Positions 56,109 to 64,000 of a stretch of DNA of 64,000 bases are shown in pieces. The DNA lies in contig JBAQUT010000036.1 of assembly GCA_049297695.1 (NCBI GenBank), positions 986 to 64,985 on the forward strand, written 5' to 3'. Both the position numbers and the translations under genes were made by a program. The notes below the pieces were generated by a model, which worked only from the letters and a program-made list of their open reading frames with translations, was not told the DNA's origin and made no database searches. Each line of letters begins with the position of its first letter. Positions within the stretch are counted from its first letter, which is position 1. The DNA comes from Alphaproteobacteria bacterium. Lineage in GTDB: Bacteria; Pseudomonadota; Alphaproteobacteria; UBA2136; UBA6156.

Positions 56109-58262
56109 TTAACCTTTCCCCAAGCGGGCGGCGTTGGCAACCACCAGAATGCTGCTGGTGCTCATCAGCACGGCGGCCCAAATGGGGGTAATAAAGCCTG
56201 CCATAGCCAAAGGCACCGCCACCACGTTGTAAGCCAGCGAAACCCCCACGTTGCCCCGTACGCCGGTGCGGGCCGTGCAGGCCATGCGGAGGAGGAGGGG
56301 GAGGGCGGTGAGGGATTCGTTGTGGAGGATGATATCGGCCGAGAGTTTGGCCAAATCGGTGGCCTTGCCAAAGCTAACCCCCACAGGGGCCAAGGCAATG
56401 CTGGGGGCGTCGTTCAGGCCATCGCCCACCATCATCAGGTTGGGGCTGGTGGTGGCAAGGCGTGCCAGCATGGACTGTTTGGCGGCAGGTGTGGCGTGGC
56501 CCGTGGCGTGGGGGATTCCCACATGGGCGGCCATGGCGGCGGCGGCGGCGGGGGTATCGCCCGACAGCAGGTGGAGTGCCATGCCCATGGAAGTGAGGGT
56601 GGAGATGGTGGCGGCGGCTTCGGGGCGGAGGGTATCTTTCAGCACCAGCAGCACGGGTTTGGCGGTGCCGGTTTTGAGGTACAACGCGGCTTCTCCCACG
56701 GCCAGTGTGGGGGTGGTTGTAAGGCCGCAAAACGCGGCGCTGCCAAGGCGGACGGGTTGGCTTTGATAGGTGCCTTGCACGCCTTGGCCCACCACTTCGC
56801 GCGCGTGGGGCAAGGGTTTGGCGGCAGGGAGCGAGGCGGTAATCCCTTGGGCCAAGGGGTGGCGGCTGATAACGGCCAGACGCGCTGCCAAGGTCCGTTG
56901 GGCGGGGGTTCCGCCTCGCACAAGGTGTAGGCGGCCGGTGGTGAGGGTTCCGGTTTTATCCAGCACGATGGTACGGGTGTGGGCTAGTTTTTCCAGTGCT
57001 TCGCCGTTTTTTAAAATAATGCCACGCTTGAGAAGGTTCCCCACCACGGCCACTTGCACGGTGGGCACGGCCAAGGCCAAGGCGCAGGGGCAGGTGACAA
57101 TCAGCACGGCGGCGGCGCGGAGCAGGCTTTCGTGCCAATTGAGCCCCACTAGCAACCAGCCTGCAAGGGTGAACAACGCCAGGGTGTGCACCACGGGGGC
57201 GTAGATGCGGGCAATTTTATCGGCGAGGCGCGTGTAACGGTTTTTAACATGGGTGGCGGCTTCGGTCAGACGGGCCAGTTCGGCTAGCACGGTGGATTGC
57301 CCCACGGCGGTGGCACGCACGTGCAAGGTGGGGCCGGTGTTAACAAGCCCTGCCTGAACGGCATCGCCCACCGTGGCGGCGCGGGGCAGGCTTTCGCCCG
57401 TCAGCACGCTGGCATCCACCGTGCCGTGGCCGTGGGATATGGTGCCATCCACCCCCAACCGTTCGCCGTGCCTCCACAGCACGGTGGCGCCCACGGGCAC
57501 GGCGTTGGCTGCAAGGGTGTGCACCTTGCCTCCCTTGCCCAGCACGGCCACGGTGGTGTGTTGCAGGCCCATAAGGTGTGCGGCGGCGTTGTGGCTTTGG
57601 CCGCGCACGCGGGCCTCCAAGTATCTGCCCGCCAGCAAAAAGAACAGCAGCATGACGGCGCTTTCAAAATACGTTTCGCCGTGGCCCAGAATGGTATCGA
57701 ACAAGCTGAGGCTGGTGGTAAGAATGAGGGCGATGCTGATGGGCACTTCCATGCTGGTACGCCCGTGGGAGAGGGCCTGCCACGCCGCCCGGAAATACGG
57801 TTGCCCAGCGTAGGCAATGGCGGGCAGGGTGATGATGGCCGAAAACCATTGCAGCAACAGGCGTTGGGCGGTGGGCATGGGGCCGCTCCACAAAGCGACT
57901 GATAGCAACATGACGTTCATGCTGGCAAACCCTGCCACGGCCAAGCAGCGGAGCAGCCAGCGCTCGTGGGTGGTGGTGGTGGCATCCAGCGTTTGGGGGG
58001 TGTAGGGGGTAAGGGAATATCCAGCCTTGGCGCTGGCGGAGGCGGCCTTCACCATAACGCTAAGCGGCCCCTGCCACGAAACCACAACGCGCTTGGTGGT
58101 AAGGTTGACGCGGGCCGAGGTGATGCCGGGGATGGCGCTTAATGCCCGTTCCACCCGACCCATGCAGGCGGCGCAATGGATGCCATCCACCAAAAACGCG
58201 GCGGACGATTGGCCGTTGGGTGCGGTGGTAACGTAAGGTTTGAGATCATGCACCGAGAGCAT
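56109..58262 (-). CDS. ccoI: copper-translocating P1B-type ATPase CcoI/FixI
   Basis: N-terminal HMA domain (GIHCAACMGRV), CPC, DKTGTLT. Confidence 0.85.
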   Translation of the reverse strand: MLSVHDLKPYVTTAPNGQSSAAFLVDGIHCAACMGRVERALSAIPGITSARVNLTTKRVVVSWQGPLSVMVKAASASAKAGYSLTPYTPQTLDATTTTHERWLLRCLAVAGFASMNVMLLSVALWSGPMPTAQRLLLQWFSAIITLPAIAYAGQPYFRAAWQALSHGRTSMEVPISIALILTTSLSLFDTILGHGETYFESAVMLLFFLLAGRYLEARVRGQSHNAAAHLMGLQHTTVAVLGKGGKVHTLAANAVPVGATVLWRHGERLGVDGTISHGHGTVDASVLTGESLPRAATVGDAVQAGLVNTGPTLHVRATAVGQSTVLAELARLTEAATHVKNRYTRLADKIARIYAPVVHTLALFTLAGWLLVGLNWHESLLRAAAVLIVTCPCALALAVPTVQVAVVGNLLKRGIILKNGEALEKLAHTRTIVLDKTGTLTTGRLHLVRGGTPAQRTLAARLAVISRHPLAQGITASLPAAKPLPHAREVVGQGVQGTYQSQPVRLGSAAFCGLTTTPTLAVGEAALYLKTGTAKPVLLVLKDTLRPEAAATISTLTSMGMALHLLSGDTPAAAAAMAAHVGIPHATGHATPAAKQSMLARLATTSPNLMMVGDGLNDAPSIALAPVGVSFGKATDLAKLSADIILHNESLTALPLLLRMACTARTGVRGNVGVSLAYNVVAVPLAMAGFITPIWAAVLMSTSSILVVANAARLGKG

Positions 58263-58263
58263 G

Positions 58264-58743
58264 TTACGGCACCATCACCCGTTCGGTGGCGTGGAAGGTG
58301 TTGGGGCCGTGCTGCACGGTAAGCGTAACATCCCATGGGCCGCTGCGGGGCCATGGGGTGGCTACGGTGTAGGTGCCGGCGGTAGCTTCGGTGAGCGTGA
58401 AGGTTTGGGCGGGGGCATCGTTCAACGGGCGTTGTACGGTGGCGGTAACGGTGGCGCCTGAAAGGGGGTTCGTTTGGGCATCGGCCAAGGTGTAGGTTAA
58501 CGAAGCTGGAAAAGTGTGGGTGGCCCGCACCAAGGCCCAACCAAGGTGCTGCTGGGTGGCTTGGGCGGCAAGCTGGGTGTTGTAGGCCAAGCCGTCTTCA
58601 TACGCTGTGGGGCTTACCACGCCACGGCTGCTGGTAACGGCCAGATAGGCCATGAAGATATTCACCCCCAGCACCACGGCAAACACGGCCAGAAGCAGAA
58701 ACAGTGTTTTGCGGGCCCAGAGGCGGTTGGTGTCGGATGTCAT
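58264..58743 (-). CDS. ccoH: FixH/CcoH family protein
   Basis: 159 aa, N-terminal TM, position between ccoG and ccoI. Confidence 0.7.
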   Translation of the reverse strand: MTSDTNRLWARKTLFLLLAVFAVVLGVNIFMAYLAVTSSRGVVSPTAYEDGLAYNTQLAAQATQQHLGWALVRATHTFPASLTYTLADAQTNPLSGATVTATVQRPLNDAPAQTFTLTEATAGTYTVATPWPRSGPWDVTLTVQHGPNTFHATERVMVP

Positions 58744-58752
58744 GGGGTTACC

Positions 58753-60204
58753 TTACTCCCGTTCGGGTGCGATGAAAACCGTGGTGTAGGTTTCGGTGCC
58801 ACCTGTGCCGCTTAAGGTGAAGGTAACCGGGGTGTGGCTTTGGGCAAACACCGTGGGCGAGACAGTGGCAAACACCGTAAACTCGGCCACTTTGCCGGGG
58901 TTGATGGTGAGAGAGAGGGCTCCGTTGGAATGAGGCTGAACATCTGCCGTGCGGAGGTGCAAAGGCAGCGTGCTGGTAAGGGTGTAAGTGGCGGGTTGCC
59001 ATGTTTTGTTACCCACGCGCACGGTGTAGGTGTTGCGGATGTCGTGGTTGGAGAGATTCACAAACAACGGGTTGCGCTGGTGCAGCATGGAGAGGGTAAC
59101 CAACGGACGGTGCGTAAGGCTGTACAGCATGGTAACGCTGACAACGGCCATGATGCTGGCATATATGACGGTGCGGGGGCGCACAAACCGGCCTGCCTTC
59201 CACGTGCCCCACCAGCCGATGTTGGCGGGGATGGTGTTGTTGAGGGTGTTGTAACGGATGAGCCCTGCCGGTTTGCCCAGCTTGGTCATAACCGTGGCGC
59301 AGGCGTCCACGCACAGGCCGCAATTGATGCAGCGGTATTGCTGGCCGTCGCGGATGTCGATACCCGTGGGGCATACGGCAATGCAGCGCCCGCAATCCAC
59401 GCAATCGCCATGGCTGGCGCCTTTGCCACGGGGTTCGCCGCGTTGGGAATCATACGTGACCAACATGCTCTCTTCATCAAACATGGCGCCTTGGAAACGG
59501 GCGTAGGGGCACATGTAGGTGCACACTTGTTCCCGCGCAAAGCCAGCCATGACGTACGTGCTGAAGGTGAGGAACACCATCCAGAACGTGGGGATGAAAT
59601 CAAACTGCCCGTGCAGCATGTTGCTCCACAGCGTGGGGGCATCGTGGAAGTAAAACACCCAGGCCCCGCCCGTGGCGAGGCCGATGAGAATCCATGACAC
59701 ATGCTTGGCGGATTTGCGCCAGAGTTTATTGAAACTCCATGGTGCGTTGTTGAGCTTCACTTGGGCGTTGCGGTCGCCTTCAAAAAAACGCTCAACATGG
59801 AGGAATAAATCAGTCCACACCGTTTGCGGGCAAGCATAGCCGCACCATACGCGGCCAAACAGGGTGGTGGCGAAAAACAGGCCAAGGGCGCCCAGCAGTA
59901 AAAGGCCGGTAAAGTAAAACACTTCTTGGGGCCAAACCTCGATGAAGAAAAAGTAAAACTTCCGTTCCATTACATCCACCAAAATAGCTTGGTTGGGGGC
60001 GCCAACGCCGCGCTCCCAGCGTACCCAGGGCATGAGGTAGTAAATGCCCAACAACAGGGCCATCACGGCCCATTTGGTGCGGCGGAAGGTGCCATCCACC
60101 TTGGCGGGATAGATGGATTTACGGGCTTCAAACAGCCCCATCAACCCTACCTTGTCGGTATCCACGGGGGGTGGGGCTTCGGGGAGGATTTCAATATGGG
60201 GCAC
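58753..60204 (-). CDS. ccoG: cbb3 oxidase accessory ferredoxin CcoG/FixG (4Fe-4S)
   Basis: CxxCxxCxxxCP motifs (CVDCGRCIAVCP, CINCGLCVDAC); 5 TM. Confidence 0.85.
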   Translation of the reverse strand: MPHIEILPEAPPPVDTDKVGLMGLFEARKSIYPAKVDGTFRRTKWAVMALLLGIYYLMPWVRWERGVGAPNQAILVDVMERKFYFFFIEVWPQEVFYFTGLLLLGALGLFFATTLFGRVWCGYACPQTVWTDLFLHVERFFEGDRNAQVKLNNAPWSFNKLWRKSAKHVSWILIGLATGGAWVFYFHDAPTLWSNMLHGQFDFIPTFWMVFLTFSTYVMAGFAREQVCTYMCPYARFQGAMFDEESMLVTYDSQRGEPRGKGASHGDCVDCGRCIAVCPTGIDIRDGQQYRCINCGLCVDACATVMTKLGKPAGLIRYNTLNNTIPANIGWWGTWKAGRFVRPRTVIYASIMAVVSVTMLYSLTHRPLVTLSMLHQRNPLFVNLSNHDIRNTYTVRVGNKTWQPATYTLTSTLPLHLRTADVQPHSNGALSLTINPGKVAEFTVFATVSPTVFAQSHTPVTFTLSGTGGTETYTTVFIAPERE

Positions 60205-60222
60205 GGGCGTTGCTTGCGGTGG

Positions 60223-61173
60223 TTACTGGGCCGTAGGCTCGGTAGGGGATGGAACGGTTGCAGAGGCATCCACAACCATGGGGGCTGCAACAGCTTCGGC
60301 TTCGCCACCACCCAAACCGTGCACGTACACGGCCAGTTTTTTGATGTCGGTGGGGGTGAGTTTTGGGCCCCAGGCAGGCATCACGCCGGCACGGCCGTTG
60401 GCAATCACATCCATACGGTCGGCTGTGGTGTTTCCGTACTGCCAGATGGCGTTGTTGAGGGGCGGGGCACCCATGTCGCGGTTGCCTTCGCCATTGTTCC
60501 CGTGGCAGCTGGTGCAGTTTTCGGCAAACACCGTGGCACCGCGTTGGGTGGATTCGTTGGCGGCATAGCCGTACGCCAAGGTGGCAAGGTAGTTGGCGAC
60601 GTCTTGGATTTGGTCGTGCGTGAGAACCTCGTCTTTTCCAAACGCCAACATGTTGCCGGGGTTGCGGGCTTCGGCATCGGTGGTGTTGCGCACGCCGTGG
60701 GTGATGGTGAAGGCAATGGCGGAGAGGCTGCCACCGTGGATCCATTCGTCATCCAACAGGTTGGGGTAACCTTTGACGCCCGCACCGCCGCTGCCGTGAC
60801 ATTGGCTGCAATGCATGGCAAACAAAGCCTTACCTGCGGCGGTGGCGTAGGTATTAAGGTTGGGGTCTTTTTGGATATCCAACACGTCGGTTTGGGCGAT
60901 GCTGGCATCCAACCCCGCTTTGCCTTCTTGGCCTGCGGCCAGTTCGGAGTTCAACATTTTGAGAGAAGTCCAGCCAGACGTGCCTTCTTTCCCACCGGGA
61001 ATGGCTGGGTAGTAAATTACATAACCAATGGCAAAAACGATGCACAGCATAAACACCCATACCCACCAGCGGGGAAGGGGGTTGTTGTACTCTTGGATGC
61101 CATCCCAGCTATGGCCAGTTGTGGAGGCGTTGCCTTGTTTGTCTTTGGTTTGATTGTCGATCCGGCGGTTCAT
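60223..61173 (-). CDS. ccoP: cbb3-type cytochrome c oxidase subunit III (diheme) CcoP
   Basis: Two CxxCH motifs (CSQCHG, CTSCHG). Confidence 0.85.
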   Translation of the reverse strand: MNRRIDNQTKDKQGNASTTGHSWDGIQEYNNPLPRWWVWVFMLCIVFAIGYVIYYPAIPGGKEGTSGWTSLKMLNSELAAGQEGKAGLDASIAQTDVLDIQKDPNLNTYATAAGKALFAMHCSQCHGSGGAGVKGYPNLLDDEWIHGGSLSAIAFTITHGVRNTTDAEARNPGNMLAFGKDEVLTHDQIQDVANYLATLAYGYAANESTQRGATVFAENCTSCHGNNGEGNRDMGAPPLNNAIWQYGNTTADRMDVIANGRAGVMPAWGPKLTPTDIKKLAVYVHGLGGGEAEAVAAPMVVDASATVPSPTEPTAQ

Positions 61174-61177
61174 GAGA

Positions 61178-61348
61178 TTAGTCCTTCAACATTTTACGGG
61201 CTTGGTCTTGGTAGTATGATTTGGCACCGGGGCGGTAGACCCACAGGGTAACGGCGATAAAAATACCACCAAAAATCACCAACCCGATGGCCGAACACAC
61301 GGCCTTAACGGTGGCAAAGTCGTATCCGGCAAGCAGGGAGGCGATCAT
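61178..61348 (-). CDS. ccoQ: cbb3 oxidase small subunit CcoQ
   Basis: Hand translation [56 protein letters not shown]; ATGA overlap with ccoO. Confidence 0.55.
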   Translation of the reverse strand: MIASLLAGYDFATVKAVCSAIGLVIFGGIFIAVTLWVYRPGAKSYYQDQARKMLKD

Positions 61349-62067
61349 CAGCGGGCCTCCGGTGTGTAGGTGGTAAAGTCGACCAACGTGCCCAGCATTT
61401 GCAGGTAGGCAATCAAGGCGTCCATTTCGGTCAGTTTGGCGGGGTTGCCATCAAACTCGGCCACCACGGCTTTGGGGTAACGGGCGGTCACGCCCTCGGC
61501 CACGCCGCTTTCATTCGCTTGGTCTTTCATATCTTGGGCGGCAAATTCAATCTGTTCATCCGTGTAGGGCACGCCCACCATGCGGAGGGTTTTCAGGTGG
61601 TCGGCAATGTTGGGGATGTCCAGCGCGTTGTCGGCCAAAAAGGCGTAGCGGGGCATCACGCTTTCGGGCACCACGGCGCGGGGGTTCATCATGTGCTCTG
61701 TGTGCCATGCGTTGCTGTAGCGGCCGCCCACGCGGGCCAAATCCGGCCCTGTGCGTTTGCTGCCCCATTGGAAGGGGTGGTCGTACATGCTTTCGGCCGC
61801 CAAGCTGTAATGGCCGTAGCGCTCCACTTCATCGCGGAAGGGGCGTATCATTTGGCTGTGGCAGGTGTAGCAGCCTTCGCGGATGTAAATGTTGCGGCCT
61901 GCCAGCTCTAGCGGGCTGTAGGGGCGCATGCCTTGAACCTTTTCAATGGTGCTTTCCACCACGAACAGGGGCACAATTTCCACCAAGCCGCCAATGGCCA
62001 CCGTGATGAGGCTCCCCACCAGCAACAGCAGGGCGTTTTTCTCAAAAAATTTATGGAGTTTGAGCAT
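61348..62067 (-). CDS. ccoO: cbb3 oxidase monoheme subunit II CcoO
   Basis: CYTCHS heme motif; N-terminal TM. Confidence 0.85.
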   Translation of the reverse strand: MLKLHKFFEKNALLLLVGSLITVAIGGLVEIVPLFVVESTIEKVQGMRPYSPLELAGRNIYIREGCYTCHSQMIRPFRDEVERYGHYSLAAESMYDHPFQWGSKRTGPDLARVGGRYSNAWHTEHMMNPRAVVPESVMPRYAFLADNALDIPNIADHLKTLRMVGVPYTDEQIEFAAQDMKDQANESGVAEGVTARYPKAVVAEFDGNPAKLTEMDALIAYLQMLGTLVDFTTYTPEAR

Positions 62068-62078
62068 GGTGTTTCTCC

Positions 62079-63584
62079 TTATACCTTGGCGGTTTTCATA
62101 AAGTCGGGCACGGCGGTGGTGGGAGGCGTGGCCCGGGGGCTACCCACGGGGCGTTCCTTCCGCACGTTGCCTCGGATGGTTTGGTACACGTTCCATACCA
62201 TGAAGAAGGTGCCGAGCAGGAACACAAACCCGCCCAAGGCCCGTATCAGGTAGTACGGGTGCATTTGTTCCACCGTTTCGGCAAAGCTGTAGGTAAGGAA
62301 GCCGTACTCGTTGTACGCCCGCCACATAAGCCCTTGCATGATGCCTGACACCCACATGGCGCAGATGTACAGGATGATGCCGATGGTGCTGGTCCAGAAA
62401 TGCCAGTTGATCAGCTGGTACGAGTACATGCGTTCGCGCTTCCACAGCACGGGTACAAGGTAATAAATGCAGCTGAAGCTAATGAGCGCCACCCAGCCCA
62501 AGGCACCGCTGTGCACGTGGCCGATGGTCCAATCGGTGTAGTGGCTAAGCCCGTTGACGCTTTTGATGCTCATCATGGGGCCTTCAAAGGTGCTCATGCC
62601 GTAGAACGAGAGAGACGTAATCATCAGGCGGAGCACGGGGTCGTACCGTAGGCGTTCCCACGCGCCGGAAAGGGTCATGATGCCGTTGATCATCCCGCCC
62701 CAGCTGGGCATCCACAGCATGATGCTGAACACCATGCCGAGGGTTTGAGCCCAATCCGGCAAGGCCGTGTAGTGCAAGTGGTGGGGGCCGGCCCAGATGT
62801 ACAAAAAGATAAGTGCCCAAAAGTGGATGATGGACAGGCGGTAGCTGTAAACCGGCTTGCCGATATGCTTGGGCACAAAGTAGTACATCATGGCCAAAAA
62901 TCCAGCGGTGAGGAAAAAGCCCACGGCATTGTGGCCGTACCACCATTGGATGAGGGCATCCTGCACACCCGCATATGCCCCGTAGCTTTTGGCGCCGAGG
63001 AAACCGACGGGAACAGCCGCGTTGTTCACCAAGTGCAGCATGGCCACGGTAACAATGAAAGCCAGATAAAACCAGTTGGCCACGTAAATATGGGGCTCTT
63101 GGCGTTTGAGCAACGTGCCGAGGAATACCAGCAAGTAGGCTACCCACACCACGGTGAGCCATAAATCGACATACCATTCGGGCTCGGCATATTCCCGTCC
63201 TTGGGTAACGCCTAAAATGTAGCCAGTTGCGGCGAGTAAGATGAACACTTGGTAACCAATCATCACAAACCATGGCAGCCAAGGGTCTCCAAACAACCGC
63301 GCGCGGCAGGTACGCTGCACCACGTAAAAGCTGGTAGCCAGCAAGGTTGTACCGCCAAAGGCAAACACCACGCCGCTGGTGTGCAGGGGGCGCAGGCGGC
63401 CAAAGCTTACATATTCTTGCAGCCATGTAGGCAAAAAGGTGAGCATGTCGGGGTAGGCCAGTTGCAGGGCAATCAGCAACCCTACGGTCATCCCCACAAT
63501 AGCCCAAAACAAGGCCATAACCGAGCCGAATTTCACAATATCTTCGTTGTACAATGGGTGGGGGGCGTTGGCGGGGGTAGCCAT
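62079..63584 (-). CDS. ccoN: cbb3 oxidase catalytic subunit I CcoN
   Basis: 501 aa; 12-TM heme-copper oxidase fold. Confidence 0.9.
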   Translation of the reverse strand: MATPANAPHPLYNEDIVKFGSVMALFWAIVGMTVGLLIALQLAYPDMLTFLPTWLQEYVSFGRLRPLHTSGVVFAFGGTTLLATSFYVVQRTCRARLFGDPWLPWFVMIGYQVFILLAATGYILGVTQGREYAEPEWYVDLWLTVVWVAYLLVFLGTLLKRQEPHIYVANWFYLAFIVTVAMLHLVNNAAVPVGFLGAKSYGAYAGVQDALIQWWYGHNAVGFFLTAGFLAMMYYFVPKHIGKPVYSYRLSIIHFWALIFLYIWAGPHHLHYTALPDWAQTLGMVFSIMLWMPSWGGMINGIMTLSGAWERLRYDPVLRLMITSLSFYGMSTFEGPMMSIKSVNGLSHYTDWTIGHVHSGALGWVALISFSCIYYLVPVLWKRERMYSYQLINWHFWTSTIGIILYICAMWVSGIMQGLMWRAYNEYGFLTYSFAETVEQMHPYYLIRALGGFVFLLGTFFMVWNVYQTIRGNVRKERPVGSPRATPPTTAVPDFMKTAKV

Positions 63585-63644
63585 GGGCGGTCTCCTTCAA
63601 TCATTCTTACACGTACCTGATACGCCGAGTTTAGAGGGGTTGGA

Positions 63645-63658
63645 TTGATGTATGTCAA
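63645..63658. promoter_or_regulatory. FNR-like box TTGAT-GTAT-GTCAA upstream of ccoN (one mismatch)
   Basis: Centred ~67 bp before the ccoN ATG. Confidence 0.45.
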
Positions 63659-63726
63659 GAGTGCTAAGGTTGGTGTCATATCTCTGTGGTGTTTGGGGTA
63701 CACCCCAGAGTTGTAACGTGGAAGAC

Positions 63727-63740
63727 TTGATGTGGATCAA
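63727..63740. promoter_or_regulatory. perfect FNR/Anr box TTGAT-GTGG-ATCAA in the ccoN / aer-like divergent intergenic region
   Basis: Centred ~42 bp before the aer-like ATG and ~150 bp upstream of ccoN. Confidence 0.55.
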
Positions 63741-63775
63741 GTGCGAAATTAACATACCTCTGGCAAGTTACCCGC

Positions 63776-64000
63776 ATGAGACAACAACAACGCCTCATCA
63801 TGAACCGGAAAGCCGATGTAACCCTGACCGGGGTGGAACGCATGTTCGGGAAGGATGAGATTATCGTCACCAAGACCGATTTAAAAGGGCATATCACCTA
63901 CGCCAACCGGTTGTTTTGCCAGTTGGCGGGGTATTCCGAGCAACAGTTGATAGGCGCACCCCACTGCGTGATACGCCACCCCAACATGCCCAAGTGCGTG
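63776..64000 (+). CDS. PAS-domain aerotaxis-receptor-like protein (Aer N-terminus), partial, runs off the window end
   Basis: ERMFGKDEIIVTKTDLKGHITYANRLFCQLAGYSEQQLIGAPHCVIRHPNMPK matches the Aer-type PAS fold. Confidence 0.6.
   Translation, partial: MRQQQRLIMNRKADVTLTGVERMFGKDEIIVTKTDLKGHITYANRLFCQLAGYSEQQLIGAPHCVIRHPNMPKCV

Overview
High-GC (~60%) proteobacterial chromosomal segment. A co-linear one-piece tmRNA suggests a beta/gamma-type lineage rather than an alphaproteobacterium (inference). Core content: RNase E, a dppBC-like permease pair, amiC, rhlE, a ctaA-ctaB-cox11 heme A/oxidase assembly cluster, dnaB, a GGDEF cyclase, dsbD, an AsmA-like giant protein, pheA, PBP1A, trhO, yajC-secDF, a PIF1-like helicase, an ompW gene preceded by an FNR box, and a complete cbb3 oxidase locus (ccoNOQP-ccoGHIS) ending in a Crp/Fnr-family regulator. 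RNA genes: tRNA-Met, Asn, Ser, Arg, Val, Tyr and Thr, plus ssrA (tmRNA). Most notable is an ~8.2 kb integrase-bearing island inserted into the 3' half of tRNA-Tyr, flanked by 55-bp direct repeats. It carries int, an alpA/excisionase, an AAA_25 replicase-like ATPase, umuDC (the UmuD homolog has substitutions at both catalytic dyad positions) and unknown low-GC cargo ORFs. Further att-like scars lie beside the island, downstream of ssrA and after tRNA-Met. Second pattern: about ten single low-GC (33-47%) ORFs wedged tightly into conserved housekeeping operons, two of them next to apparently truncated neighbours (the dppC-like permease and a CCA-adding enzyme). No CRISPR arrays, IS elements or rRNA genes were seen. 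CDS coordinates follow the supplied ORF track. RNA and repeat coordinates were counted by hand and may be off by 1-2 nt.
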